A stretch of 63,635 nucleotides of DNA, counting the filler, from Vermamoeba vermiformis (taxonomy: Eukaryota), in assembly GCA_045837725.1 (NCBI GenBank). It is 11 parts of 11 records of this genome, joined end to end, with 100 filler letters (N's around TTAATTAATTAA, not from the genome) between each part and the next. Parts side by side here need not be neighbours in the genome. Positions count along the whole stretch, not along the records: positions 16,222 to 39,541 come from JBEWZL010000009.1; 10 more parts are not named here. One strand, written 5' to 3'. Below, one piece after another: positions 25,736-39,482 of the stretch. The notes beneath the pieces are model-generated. The model saw only the letters and a list, made by a program, of their open reading frames with translations, ran no database searches and was not told where the DNA came from. Within the stretch, counting starts at the first letter, position 1. Each line of letters starts with the position of its first letter. The position numbers were made by a program, and so were the translations under genes.

Positions 25736-27141
25736 ATGTTTTTAAGAGTAGCTATTATCTATTCTTTATTTGTACTGATAACGGGCATCACTGCTGGTAC
25801 GAATTTTTTTAGTAGCTTTTCAACCATTAAACATTAGCCAAAAATTAGAAAAAAATTCCTATAATATAATATGAATAATACTAATGATTTTAATGCTTAT
25901 AGCGCCGAATAGCTTCGAGATCTCCAGGACAGCCGATAGTTTCGAACCAAAGCAGGTGCCTTGGAGCTTCACGCCAATCATTCATGACTCATTATCGAAG
26001 AACGGCACGCAGAACTTTATATTTATTCCCTCTATTACTCAAACACAACCAAGCGGTCTTTGTTCGGCAACCTTCGATCTGGCCTTCCAAACCTCAGCAG
26101 GACTCATTCCTATTTACTCTAGGAACTTTGAAATAGCTTTTCCCTTCACCGCAGTAGGTGCAGACGTGGTGAAGTTTTCTGGCTGCGATTTGCGTGAGAT
26201 CTTCGAGTCTCATCCGGATTGGACTTTGGATTCGCTCAGCCTCGCTATGAATCTTGCAACCGGAAACAACAGCATCCTTAATTATGACATTATAGTTCGT
26301 AAGTGCCCACAACATTTGTAATTATGCATTGCTCTCGATTTCTAATTATGAAATTATTCGTTCAGAGGATGCGACCTTGCCGTTGAAGACAGAGATGTAT
26401 TTGGACCCACAATTTTTCTTTGGAACATACATATTTGAATTGCCGAGTCAAAGTCGCGAAATTGCTTACGTACTCACCGTGAATACGAACAAGAACGGAA
26501 ATTCTGCGTTGGATCTAGACGACCTCATTAGTTCCATTTCATTATCGCCAGGTAAAATATTCATTATGATAGTGAAGCTTCTTTACTTTATATTGCGTCT
26601 AATTAAAGTGTATTAATTTTTTTTTAATTTTGCGGATGTAGTGGACGATTGTCAACACGGTGAAACAATCTCGCTCAGTTTCAATACGACAATTACTTTC
26701 AAATACATAAGACCTGGCAAGTGGTACATTAACTTTGTGCCTGAACGACATTTGACGTCAGATCCAAAGTTCATTTCTTTTAGCGTGGCAGGTTAGTACA
26801 AATTACTTATTTTTTATTAACCCGAAATTTCGCCGAATTAATCCTTTGAATTCGTTTTAGCGGCCGATGTTCCCGCCACAATACTCGATTGTCGTAACTC
26901 GCAGTACTATTGCAAAGACGTTGACACGGATATCAATAACTGGTCTACAGCTGAAAAAGTTGGGTTTGGGATCGGCCTGTCTATTGCAGGCATTACTTTG
27001 TGCGCTGCTATTGTCGTGATTTACGCTGCATTTAGAAGAAGAATATTAACTCGATCTAGATCGAGCGTTTCTAACGGCACGACCAATAACGAATTAACTC
27101 CTAGTTACGATTATAAACTACTAGAAGATAGTGCGCAATAA
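25736..27141 (+). CDS. Type I membrane glycoprotein of unknown family (5 exons)
   Basis: Signal peptide MFLRVAIIYSLFVLITGITA. TM segment GFGIGLSIAGITLCAAIVVIYAAF followed by RRR. Tail YDYKLL resembles a sorting signal. Confidence 0.7.
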
Positions 27142-27327
27142 ATTATACGAGTTTGGCCGGTTGAAACTGTTACGGCCAGATCTGCCAGCGTAGGTGTTAC
27201 AATGCTGGTTTTTCTTTATGGAGATAGTACCTGGGTTATGGAGATTTCCAACTAGACTGCACTACGCATGAATTATTGATTTTTATGTCCCTTTGCTGTA
27301 TGCCAATTTATTGTTTAAAAATGAGAA

Positions 27328-29874
27328 TTATTTGAGTCCTAATTGCTGCTTGATGAATGTCCAATGATCGAGCGGTGCAGCTCGTTGCCACGCACCATTC
27401 ACTTTGGTCTCGTACATGATCCAACACGGTCCACGCGCCATTGGTCGTGTTGAGTGAGGCGTGATGAAGACTTCTTTCTGTCTATCAAAGTGCACGAGTT
27501 GAAATATGGATGCTTTGTGGTACTCAACTTGGTCTTTGTTGCGCCAATCACGTGCATTGTCTACGTACTTGTTGTATCTATTATTTTCATCTTCTTTGTT
27601 GGTAAAAGAGAATATGACGCAATATCTAGGATATATATTAGCATGACGGCATTATAATGTCGAAGACAAAATTCGTACCTGGAACTCCGAATCTGATCTT
27701 CGAACACGATCTGCGATGAGACTAAAGTTGGACTGTATTCTGCAACCTTCTTATTTAAGTCACCTTGTTGTATATGCAAGATCTATTATATTAAGCTCAA
27801 TAAATGCTGATTCGAATATTAAGCTCTAGTATGTACCTCGTTATCGCCGTTTGGCTCGATCTGCAAGACTTGAATAGGCAACTCAATGTCTTCATCCATG
27901 AAGCTTAATATATGCGCATACAAGCTTGACATACATGAAACTGCACCATTAGGTAACTATAAAGCGTTAGAATATGTGTGATTTACATGTACCGCGGATG
28001 TGACCATAACATTTTAATGACTAAGGTTATAAACAATCGATATTGCATAAAGGATATTAATAATAATAATATAACAACTTTGTAGGGTATTTTAATGAAT
28101 TTGTCGCTTACTTGAGAGAATTTGGGTTTGCTCCAGCCAGGTAACGAAATCCACTTTAAGACTTTACAAGTAGTCGCTGAACAAATTTCGATTAAGGCTA
28201 TATGTGTTCCATGGGTATAGAGCCATATTATTCCGTCGAAGATAGCCATATCATTAGCGTTCTAACTTTTACGTCAGATCGCATTTCGTTTATGAGTTTC
28301 TGGCCAAACAAACTTACGCTGATATCCTCAATAATATCATATTTTTGTCTCTTCATGGTATTGATATTGTATTTAAAGAGGCATTTGTTCTTTGCGCTCG
28401 CCATCCACAACTAAAATCGAGCATTAAATTTGTTGAATACATTAAACTGAATAGAGGACTTACTTCGTCACCTGAGAGTGTTGCGCATGATATTTGCGAC
28501 TCTTTGATCGATATTTCTTTGTCTTGAAGCACATCGAGAATGAGAATGTACTCTTCCTAAATCCAACAGTCAGATCCCGAAATCAAAGACTTGAAGAACG
28601 TACATCGCGATTTTGAATAACTAATTTGTTGTCATAGAATTGGGGGATATTCAAGTGCGTCTTATCGTCGAAGTTTTTTTCGAGTATTTTTGCTCCAGTA
28701 CGCAGATCGTAAACCTGAATGAATTTCCTCCTAAACATTGTTAAATACATGTAGGTAATTTGGAATATATACGCACCTTAACTCCCAATTACTCCATGTT
28801 AAAGCAATGAGCGAGCTACTTTTACTTCCATTCCGAATCCAAGACACAACTACAACGTAATTTTAATGAAAGTAAGGAGAAACATGTAATTAATCGTATC
28901 TTACATCCGGAGTTGAGGTTTCTAACAGTTATTTTGTTGCTAAGCTTCGGTTCGTCGTTCAGATTTGTGGGATCGAGCTTAACGTAGTCTGTTTCATTCG
29001 AGTCGTCGTCATAATTAGGATCGTGCTACAAGAAATATTATAAATATTATATACAGCATGTTAGATCATGCTTACATGTTCCACAAAATAGTCGTTCATC
29101 AGCTCTAAGTTTCCTGAGGAATATTTCTAAATTCAACGGATCAGAATCAACTAAATTATGCCGTAATAACTTCTGTATTATTACCGCTATTATAGTACGT
29201 GTTTCGAGGTCCCACAACTCTGTTACAAGATGATCATGTGACGAGTATGAGTAGCTGAAAAAAACGACACTCGCGTTAGAGACCATGTTTTCGAGCATGA
29301 AATATCGTCTCATACCCGTGTGACTCCATCACCTCCCATACTAATAGGCAGTACTTGCCGCTGACTGATTGATAGCGTAAGACTATCTCGGCACGTGGAT
29401 TTGACGTCGGGCAACGAACGCCTAAAGTGTGCTGCACGCATCTGACAAAAAACCGTTTAGTCACAACAACATTAATTATTTAGGGTTTAATTACCGCGCA
29501 TTAATAATATTTCTCTTCACTTGGAAGTGCTTTTGAACGATTTTACGCCAAGGAACATCTTTTTGTGAGTAAGAGAACGGATGTGGAAATGACTCGTTGA
29601 ATATTGCTTCCTGAGTAATTAAAAATTATTTAAATATAACTAATTACAATCTAATTCCTAAATATGCCTAGGAAATTTTCGTGACGTATTAACAATAATT
29701 AATTATTTTGGATGTGTCAACCGTAATATTGTTGTAACTCACCTTCCAAATACTGTCATACTTTACTAGATTGTTCCATGTTCGATTAACACAAACAGCG
29801 CTCATCAGCGATTTGCAATTCAAAAACGAGAAGATCGTTGCTAAAAGTTCTGTCGGTAGCGTTGCCCAGTCCAT
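27328..29874 (-). CDS. F-box protein, multi-exon (the 3' part could be a separate gene)
   Basis: F-box MDWATLPTELLATIFSFLNCKSLMSAVCVNRTWNNLVKYDSIWK. Last exon reads DNARDWRNKDQVEYHK...FIKQQLGLK*. Confidence 0.65.
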
Positions 29875-30383
29875 AACGATTATTACAGATGACAATTTCA
29901 ATAGGTGTCAACGAGTATAAATAATTAAACTTCAAGATGTCAATAGGCGGATCGTTAAGAAGAGTGAAGGTCTTGTGTTGATTCTGAGATCTTGATTATT
30001 TTTCGCGTTAAAAAACGAATTAGTTGGCCGGGAATATTCTAGAAGAATTCTCGTGCTACGTGAACTCATAGCGCAGAGAAGTATGTTCCAGAAGGACGTG
30101 GGTAAGGAACAGTATAAATAACGATTGATTCTGAGTAGTAATCGAGCTTTCCTTTCCATACCACGCACGGTACAAGTGAGATTACTATTGTATAACTCCC
30201 AACGGTACGTAAAAGCAGATTTTTTTACCTCTGAAATGACGAGAAAAAAGACATTTCGCGATCTGTTTTTTACCGTTTTTTTGATCTCGCGAACACGCCA
30301 CACTCAAGCGGAAAAATGGACTAATCAAAGCGGCATTTAGTAGATTCATTTAGCGTATCTATCTGGTACCACAATAGTTACGA

Positions 30384-32438
30384 ATGTAAGGCCACTAACC
30401 TGATCAAATTTGAGATCGAATCTGATCGAGCGTTTTCTGATAGGCAAGCGCGGGTGATTATTTATTTAATATCAGTCAACCTACTAGGAGGATTGATCTT
30501 CGGCTACAACACAGGTATGAATTTTAACTAATTTTTTTAATATCAAAATATTAATTATCAATTACTAGGCGTTATTGCACTGACTTTAGGCACGATTTCA
30601 GATGAATGTGGATTAAGTACTATATTGCAAGGAGTATTAACGACGAGTATTTTGGTTGGAGCATTTGTCGGATCTGCAACAGGCAAAGTCTCGCGAGAAA
30701 TTTTCTTTAACGCAATGCTAATATATGAAATATTATTATAGGCATATTAGCGGATAAAATAGGCCGTAAAAAGGCCGTGATAATATTCAGTGCCGTTTCA
30801 TTTGGTGGCGCCATCTTTTCAATGGTCTCACCTGTCTTTTGGGTCCTTTGTATCGCTCGTGCAATCCTAGGTTATGGTAATTAATATGAATATAATCTTA
30901 TTCATAGATTTCCTCGCTAAGCGCTGTAACAAGCAGATTCACATCCGATCTAAACTTTATCCTTCCATTTCTTGAATGACTAATCGTTTGAATTTAATAC
31001 TAATATTATATAAATGATTAATATATGTTATTTTAGGCGTTGGATTGGCGACGAGCGTTTGTCCGTTGTACGTGGGAGAAATGTCGAGTGTCAAATTGCG
31101 AGGCCGATTGGGCAGTTTGTTCGAGCTTGGCTTGACTTTAGGCATATTCATCAGTTACATAGTGTGCTATTTATTACTGTTACGTGATCCTAACGATTAC
31201 ATTGCCCGAGGTACGAGTAGATCGTGGATCTGGATCTATGTTTTCAGATCCAGATCCAGCGTTTGAAAGTAATCTGAACTTAATACTAATATTAAATTAG
31301 GGTGGAATTGGTATTGGAGAATAGCCTTTGGTATAGGAGGAGTGTTTGGAGTGATAGGGGTTATAATTGGAATTTTCATGCCCGAATCTACCTTTTGGAT
31401 CGAGAAACAAAAACAAAGCATGACAAAGAAATCCAATGATAATGATTATAAGAGTAATAGAGGCGATAATAATAACGAAGATGAGCCTAAAAAAGGCATG
31501 CAAATGTGGAAAGAGTTTTTCAAGCCGAAGAATGCCAAGTACGTGATCTTAGGCGTCATGTTAGCTGTGTCGTATCAACTTACAGGTATTAATTTCCACG
31601 AAAAATATGTAAATTTAATTGATTTTATTGTTGTAGGAGTCAACGCAATTAATTTTTACACGCCTACCATTTTGGAGAGTGCTGGGCTTACGGATACGAA
31701 TCTATTCACTTTAGTAGGTTTATATAATTACATTAAAGCATATTATATAATATCAGCGGTATTTACGGCTCGTCTTTTGGTCAGATCTAACCATTTTTTT
31801 GTCGCTAGATTATTGGTGCTTGGAATTTCTTAGTAACAATCCCACCGATCTTTTTTGTGGATAAATATGGAAGAAAACCATTAATGCTCGTAGGACTATC
31901 GACTATAGTGGCTGGATTGGTCATGATTGCTTCATCGTACTACGCATCCGTAAGTCAAAACCTGGATCTGTTTTAAGTTCCGTGCTAACCACGCGTTAAT
32001 AGGATTTATTGACTAATGGCATAGTAGCTATGGTTGGAATTGGAATATTCATGATTGGTTTTGAAGCTGGACCAGGGTAAGTTCTCGATCGGATTTGACG
32101 ATTTTTTTTTATTTGTCGTCTAACTCCAGTACAATTATAGAATAGTATTTTGGATCTTAGTAGGCGAAATATTTCCAAATTCAATGCGCGATGCCGCACC
32201 GAGTTTCATCAACGCATTCGAACAGCTCTTAATCATCGCTCTGACGCTAGCGTTCCCTTCGTTAGTCGTCGCTATTGGTGCTGCAAATATATTTTGGATA
32301 TTTGCAGGCATAGGAGTGTTATGCACGATTTATATTGGCGTTATGTTGTCTGAGAGTAATGGCGCCGAGATCGGACAAACTGAACTAGCTTCACCTGGCA
32401 ACAATGCTCGCGATACAAAGAGCGAAGAAGTACCTTGA
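30384..32438 (+). CDS. MFS sugar porter family transporter, multi-exon; the start codon is split by an intron
   Basis: LGGLIFGYNTG, ADKIGRKK, YVGEMSSVKLRGRLG, MPES, QLTGVNAINFY, VDKYGRKP and EIFPNSMR motifs. Confidence 0.92.
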
Positions 32439-32603
32439 TATATACAGATACATGTGTGGGCAAGAAATGTTTGCTATGAACAAGAAGACGCCCTCGGATC
32501 TGAGATCGACAAACTCGAACAACAATTCCTAGAAAAAGTAAGTCGGAAATTTGTGCGCAATTATTCTTGATCTTTATTGCTACCTTCATTAGTGACTGAT
32601 TAT

Positions 32604-33317
32604 TTATTTTCGGAGTACGCCACATCCGCTAACTACTAATTCGGAGTTAGCAGAGAGCCAGTAATGATACACCTGGATTAAATCGCCTTCAACACTTATC
32701 AAGCCAAAGCTAGGAGTTATGAAGGGCTCATCAGGACTTCTCACCGCTGAAAGACTTGCACCGGTGGCGGATCCAGGATCAATAAAGAACTTTCCGTCGT
32801 GTTTATACGCCTTGAACTCGTGTGTTCCACCTGTAATTAATACATCGCAATCTAAGCGACGTTGAATTACTGCGAGATCTTCTTTGTCGCTGGCAAGGAA
32901 TGGATTCGTATGTACCAGCCCAAACTTGAACGATCCGACCGTTAAAACTGTTTCTTTTGGAAGCGTAGTGTCCTATTATATTTAGATAAATACAGAAATA
33001 TTATTGATACATACCTCATCGCTAACACCTTGCACAATGTGAACGTTTGGCGCTATCGTCTTTAAATAATCATGCGTTTCTTTTGTAGTTAAATTTCCCG
33101 TGCATAAAATGTGGTGAATTATGTTAGGCCCCTGTAAAAATAAATTAAATAATTATTCTATAATTATTTTAATATTTACCAAGGGACGTTTAAATTCGTT
33201 CGGTACATCCAACGCTCGTTGTGGAATGTGGAAGTCCCCGATCACCAAAACCAATATACCATTACTCTGTTGAATACGTAGTTAGATTAAACAATTACAA
33301 GCTTGAATTGTTACCAT
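32604..33317 (-). CDS. VPS29: VPS29-like retromer subunit (metallophosphoesterase fold), divergent
   Basis: Spliced translation [23 protein letters not shown]...HILCTGNL...[33 protein letters not shown]. Absent from the ORF track. Confidence 0.88.
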
Positions 33318-33446
33318 TTGCCACGAATTAATAACGAAGTTTAATGTAATTCCGTTTTCCCTACACAATAAGATCTTATAGCGCTAATATAGCGCTAAGC
33401 TAATTATCTAGTAGTATCGCATTGCTAGCAATCAAATATATTTTAA

Positions 33447-34589
33447 TTAAGCTGCAGGGAATAACAATCCCAAACCTCGCATCTGCAACAAGGCGTTTTT
33501 GAACGACGTTCCTTCGTGTCCGGTGATTTCTTTAAAATCATTGGTGGGCTTGGCGAATACATTTGATTTGCCTGCTAGTTCATACAGCTCGATTAAGCCT
33601 TCCGCCTGAAAGATCAACTTTAGATCCTTGCGTACGTTAAATAAATTTAGTAACTGTACCATATACTCGGGAGACGATTTCTTTATCATTTCTAAGAGTT
33701 CGTTTGGTTGCATATCTTTTAATTTAAGCTTCTTTTGCAATACTTCCTCGTAGATCTGGTTTCCATAATTAAATACTAATTTAACCTGGAGAATATTTAT
33801 TCCGCTTACCTTAGCTTGTTCTTCATTAGCTAATGGCTCAGGTCCAGATAATAAATACTCCTTATTCAGAAATCTGTCAGGGCTCAGTAAAATAGTGCTG
33901 GATGCGTCGCCAATGTCATGCGTTGAAAGAGGACAAGACACAGCACTACGATCGATCATAGGAATCATGTAATTGTCAAGTGTTTGGTCCTTGATTGACA
34001 TAGTAACACCATCATCCTATACAGAAAATTTAGTTTTGAGATCCAAAAGTACATCCGTGACACTAAACTTACGATTATAGGCACGGTACGAAGGAAACAA
34101 TAAGGTATTCCCGAAGCCTTAATATGTTTTTCAGCTTTACTAGCTTCTTTGCCAATTATAGTAAATTCCTTGTCCGCACCAAAGGCCGACACGAAGACGA
34201 TCATTTTGACACTTTTGACACTTTGACACTCGTCGACAAAGCTCGTGACTAAATTAGTTCGATCGTACACTTTCATATCTTTCTCTGGCTTAGGTGATAT
34301 CACCCAAACTCTTTCGACATTCTGAAAATTGTGAGATCTAGCGAATGCAATACTAACAATTTAAACGTACCTGAATAGCCTTTCGAACAGACTCTTTGTC
34401 CTTCAAATCCAAATCAACAATTTCTACGTTATTTATAGCTTCAAATTGCTTCAATTTCTTGTAGTCTTGGAATGGACCACCAACGCGAATGATAGCAGAT
34501 CCGTCATTCTTGGAAATGATCTGTCGAATAACAGCTGCTGCGGTATTACCCGTAGCATTAGTAATTAAAATAATAGGCTTGTTGCTCAT
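33447..34589 (-). CDS. NmrA-like NAD(P)-binding atypical SDR protein
   Basis: ILITNATGNTA Rossmann start, AEKHIKASGIPYCFLR, DIGDASSTILLSP and YLLSGPEPL. Four short introns. Confidence 0.85.
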
Positions 34590-34671
34590 TATCCTGAGTC
34601 TTAAAAATAAAGGCGAAGAAATTTTCTTTACTTGCACGAAAAATCACGTGCTTCATTTTCTATTCTGGATA

Positions 34672-34949
34672 TGCTCCAACCAGAATACTCGTCGTTATAC
34701 TCCTTGTAATATAGTGCTTAATCCATATTCATCTGAAATCGTGCCTAAAGTCAGTGCAATAACGCCTAGTAATTGATAATTAATAATTAAAAATAATAAT
34801 AATTAATTTAAAATCACACCTGTGTTATATCCAAAGATCAATCCTCCTAATAGATTGACTGATATTAAGTAAATAATTAGCCGAGTTTGCCTACAAAAAT
34901 CTTGATGAGAGTTCGATCTTCAACGATCTCACAATCGTTAAACTTACAT
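34672..34949 (-). pseudogene. Truncated duplicate of the 5' exons of the sugar transporter at 30384
   Basis: Near-identical exons (LISVNLLGGLIFGYNTG; VIALTLGTISDE). A 1-nt deletion (GGAGTATAACG versus GGAGTATTAACG) creates TAA, and similarity ends shortly afterwards. Confidence 0.85.
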
Positions 34950-35056
34950 TCGCGGCTATTTTGATGTGTAAAATAATATATTATTTAATCCATATTCTTT
35001 TAGTTAAAGTTGTATTAAATAAATTGAGAGGTATCTCATTTTTTATTTGTTTGACT

Positions 35057-37508
35057 TCAATCGTCATATCGCTTGTTTGGTTTTTTGTTTCGCTTTGTTC
35101 TTCCATAGTCAGTTGTGTTTATATTTCGGTATTCACGTGCAATCCACTCAGTACTTGTCACTGGCTGTATCAACACTGGGGCATCATAGTCATTTTCATC
35201 TAATTCATCTTCATCTGGATAAGTCTCTGGTATGACAGCATCAACATCAGGGTGCACTGCCTCGTGCACCACTTTCACTGAGGTTGTGGACTGGTCATGG
35301 TGACGCTGCTGTGGTGGCAAGAACATCAATTCATAATTTGTTGTTGGGCTGTCAAACTCAATATCTAGTAGATCAATTGCAGTTGTGTCGTCTTCTGCAG
35401 GCTGATCGGCATTGAATAATTCTTCAAAGTATTGTTGCTGTTCCTCAGATAGTTTGTCGTAAGTTTTTCTGGTCGCTTCAATCACTTTGTCGTCAATTGG
35501 CTTTGGTTCAATCTTGATTGGTTTGTCCGCTGGAATATTGTGAAGGATAACAATATCGTCACCATCTGCACCCCCTTTCCACTCCTCATCTGTTGCCGTG
35601 TAATTGCGCCAATGCATTACAACGCTTCCTTGTGCATTGACAGTGAATCGAAAAACATGGGGCTTTGTGTGCCCAGTGAGCTTTGGTAGATATGGGGCAA
35701 GCCAGCCACGATAATCATAGATAGTTTTTACCAATCGCACTTCTGGCGGCGAATTGTAGCAACTCTTAATGTACTCTTTGACATCTTCATCGTCGCCCGT
35801 AAGGAGATTATGTGACTTGAGTCCAATAGCCACTGGCACGTTCTCTTGGTCAATGTCTGTATGAGTGTGTCCTTGAGGAAGGCAAATGAAATAGATGGTA
35901 TTGGTAAACTTTTTGAGCAGCAAAACCGCAAAAAAGCCAAAAACGTAGGTATTTTTGTTCTCTCGCCAGCAGTTGTCGCTTTGAAATACCATTGTTGGTG
36001 GCAGAGCCTGACCATCTCTGATTTGCGAAACTATGTGAATGGCTAGTAGATTGATGCTGTAATTGCTGTCGTGACTATACTGTTGTGCAATTGAGACAAA
36101 CAGAGTACGTCGCTTGGTGTTGTGGTTGATAAGTCCGGATATTTGCAATCGCAAACGTGCAAGACGGAGCCAAGATTTTGGGAACTGAGACCAGGCAATG
36201 TGCGGAATCAAAATCCCTGAATAGCCATCCCATATCATTTGCCAAATCAAAAAGCTAGCGATTAGCTTTCGGTTAGAATATGTCAGCCGTTCTAACTTTT
36301 GCAATGCGTTGTGCTTTGCCACTTGCTTTTGAACGTTGGTAACTTGAGTTTGGGACACTGCAGCAGCTTGTTGCAACTTCCTACGCAAGATTAGCTTCAC
36401 TGTGAGTATGGAAGAAACTTACATTCTGAGCTCCACACATTCGTCACATTTGCCCAACCGCGTAGTCTTTGGGAATTTGATCCATGCGTACTGAGAAATT
36501 GTCGTATAGAAAGTACTCAGCGATGCTATGCGATGCGTTTCCTCAAATTCTGAAGCATATTGAGCGTAAAGAAGCTTTTTGTTAAGCGCAATAGGGCAGT
36601 GCCATTGATCACTATCAGGTTGTTCATCGAAAAATATGGACATCAAGCTGAGCACAAAACTTTGCACCGACTGTAATTGAGCTGATGAATACAATCTGAG
36701 GGCATTACCATGTGGAATGACAGAGCAACTAGACTCTTGTTTGATTTGTTGTAGCAGAGGTGCAAGCTTGTTTGTACTGATTCCAAGCAGTTTGATGAAA
36801 GCGCGTTGACAGACTTCAAGACCGTCAAGCTTGTAACAAATCGTCGGAGGCTTGTCACTTCCTTGATCAACTTTCATCGCATTAAGGGAATCAAGTAGCC
36901 ATCTTGACCTGCCATCGTGTCAGGCATTTAGCAGAAACATGAGGTACGTACCTTTCGCGCTCAGATTTCTCAGAGTATGGCAGTCGTAAGCGTTCAATCT
37001 TCTGGACATTAAATTGCCTCATACACAGTTGTTTGCAGCACTTGTATTGCAACAGCTTTTCATTGAAATTACATAGCTTAAGCTGCTTTCGTGATGGTGA
37101 CGCGACGCGCAACTTTCGAGTCTCGGATTTGTAAGTGCGTTTTGGGGAGGGGTCATAGATTGAGGATACTCGTCTATTAATATCTATTATGTGTAAGCAA
37201 TGCAGCTAATTGTAGAACGATACGTACCGTCAAAAATTTTATTGCTATCAACCTCGTAAATCCACGACCGCCGATCATCGCTCGTGCTTGTTGTCTCATC
37301 TTCATCTACATATATTAATGAAATGCAGATAGATATAAATGCCCATACCCTTATTGAAGACTTTTGTTGTGTCAAAATCGCAGATCCAGTCCATTCGACA
37401 ATTATTAAATTAATTATTGCGTTATCGGCACGTGACGGCTTCAGCAATTTATCTACAATGATGGGTGTTATTGCACATATTATTACTGTTACTATTGTAA
37501 TTATTCAT
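35057..37508 (-). CDS. Sola-like (DUF7869-type) DDD transposase, spliced; 5' exons uncertain
   Basis: CCKQLC, VCQRAFIKLLGIS, KFPKTTRLGKCDEC, HNALQKLERLTY, WDG, FQSDNCWRENKN and LPQGHTHTDIDQ. A short intron near 36422-36380 removes the apparent stop. Confidence 0.82.
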
Positions 37509-37735
37509 AATACAATCACTCGATTAAATAGCCAAACACATCTGGTCGCTTGGATTTAAAAAAAAATTAACCAAACTGATTACCTTCAAAGTGAGATAGC
37601 TGCGACCCTATATAGTGCCTATTGTGGTGCTTATATCATGTTATATATTGTAAATACGATAAAATTCGAGTTGGTTTTCTCAGGGTCTGAAACTCTGTTT
37701 TTAGTTTATTTTATTTTTGTTATTGAACACCACAC

Positions 37736-39482
37736 ATGTCGGCAGCCACTCTGGACCCTGTTCTTATACGAATTTATCAAGGGGAGTCTATTGATAATAT
37801 TACATTGCAAGTACGAGATATTGTCCCGCCATCCACTCCCGGATCGAAGCTCAAACATTATTGGTAAATATTATTAATTAACTACGAGATAATTATATCT
37901 ATTGTTCTCATTCATAAATCAACCTTGTAAATAATATTTAATAATTATTACTGGTAATTAATTTATTGCAACGTATGAAAATTAAATCTCCGTTATTGGC
38001 GGGTCGTTACGTAAATTACTTCACTACTTCGACACTTGATAATTTGCATTTGTTTACTGCTTTCATTTATTATTTTAACTGATGATTCATAGTTTGTTAT
38101 TATCTGACGCGCATGTGATGATACCGTGCATTTTGCACGAGTCGCTGAATGACAAGATTGCAAATGGTGCAATCAAAACGGGATCAATACTACGTCTTTC
38201 GAAATGGAGCTGGCATAACCATAATGATCGGTACGCCCCTCAGCATCAATTTACATGATCTAACTACTTGCAATAGTCGTGTGCTCTCTGTCGTTGCATC
38301 GGGGCTTACCGTTACTGGGCACATGAAGCAGATCAATTTTAGTGCTGTGCGTGACATCTATGAAGCAGTGAATGATTTTGAAGGTGAGTGTTATCGATGC
38401 CACGCTGTTCTTATAAATTGCTAGATGACGGACTTGACATGCCCACACCTACACACGCTACACAAGCCACTGAACGTGAAGCCGATGAAAGAACTCTGCG
38501 TAGGTGACCAACTGTACACAGCATAATTGTCTTGATTGCTGATCATAATTTAGAATTGTGGATAGACAAAGGCATGAAGCTCATTGATGAAGGCATCGAT
38601 CACAAATTTTACGACCACGATCAAGGACTGCAAATCAAGTACAAGAGTCGCTTATACGTTGAATTTGATGCTCTCATCTACAAAGAGGCGTTCCACGAGA
38701 AGGGCGATGATTGCTTTGCAAAGAAATACGGTGTGTGTACAATTGCCGCATGTTTAAAGGCAAAATCCACCTCAAAACCGTTAATCGCCCTGCATATCAA
38801 CAGTGATGGTGAAGATCATTTTGCTTTGGTTCAACCAGGATCAGTAACCAATAATGGGTATAAAAACAACGACGATGAGCCTATGCACATTGAACAATTG
38901 TGGAGAGAGCACGTGACCAACAACGGAACTACTGCACGCCCAAAGAAACAAAGACCAGCCAGTGATGACTCGGAACTGCCATCAAAAAGCACTCGATCTC
39001 GTACACGCGAGGACTCTGATAGTGAAGATGACCGCGCCCGTAAGCGTCATAAATCAGACAACAATCTGTCGAATCAGGTCTCACCACAGCTCACCGAATT
39101 GCTTGCTGATGTTGCAAGCATTGGACAGAATATCTCTGCTTTATCAGCAACCATCAGTTCACAGCATGATAAAACATCTCGTCAGCTCGTACTCTTGAAC
39201 AACACAACCAACGCAAAGCATACTGCCATCGAAGAACGATTGAAGTCTTTGTCTGACGAGATAAAGGCAGTCAATAGTTCAATCAAGACATTGGATGAAG
39301 TTGTGCAACGCATATTGTCGCACGTGAAAGCTGACGCGAAAGAGAAGGAAAAGGTTGTTGTCGTACAAGCACCAATACCTCAGATGCGCCAAGAGCCTCA
39401 CTATGTTGTGCCACCAAACTACTACTCGGGAACACCCTCATACAATGGCCCATACAATAGTCCTTCATCACGTTTTTTCTAA
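37736..39482 (+). CDS. 5-exon protein: RPA70 N-terminal (Rep-A_N)-like OB domain, uncharacterised middle, basic NLS region and coiled coil
   Basis: Exons 37736-37863, 38093-38230, 38277-38383, 38425-38499 and 38554-39482 splice in frame. N-terminus MSAATLDPVLIRIYQGESIDNITLQVRDIVPPSTPGSKLKHYCLLLSDAHVMIPCILHESLNDKIANGAIKTGSILRLSKW...DRRVLSV. Confidence 0.75.

Noticed and set aside
36380-36422. Premature stop or stop readthrough in the Sola-like transposase
   Set aside because: The TAA lies in a GTAAGT donor; splicing to CTAATCTTGCGTAG gives ELRMKLQQ in frame.
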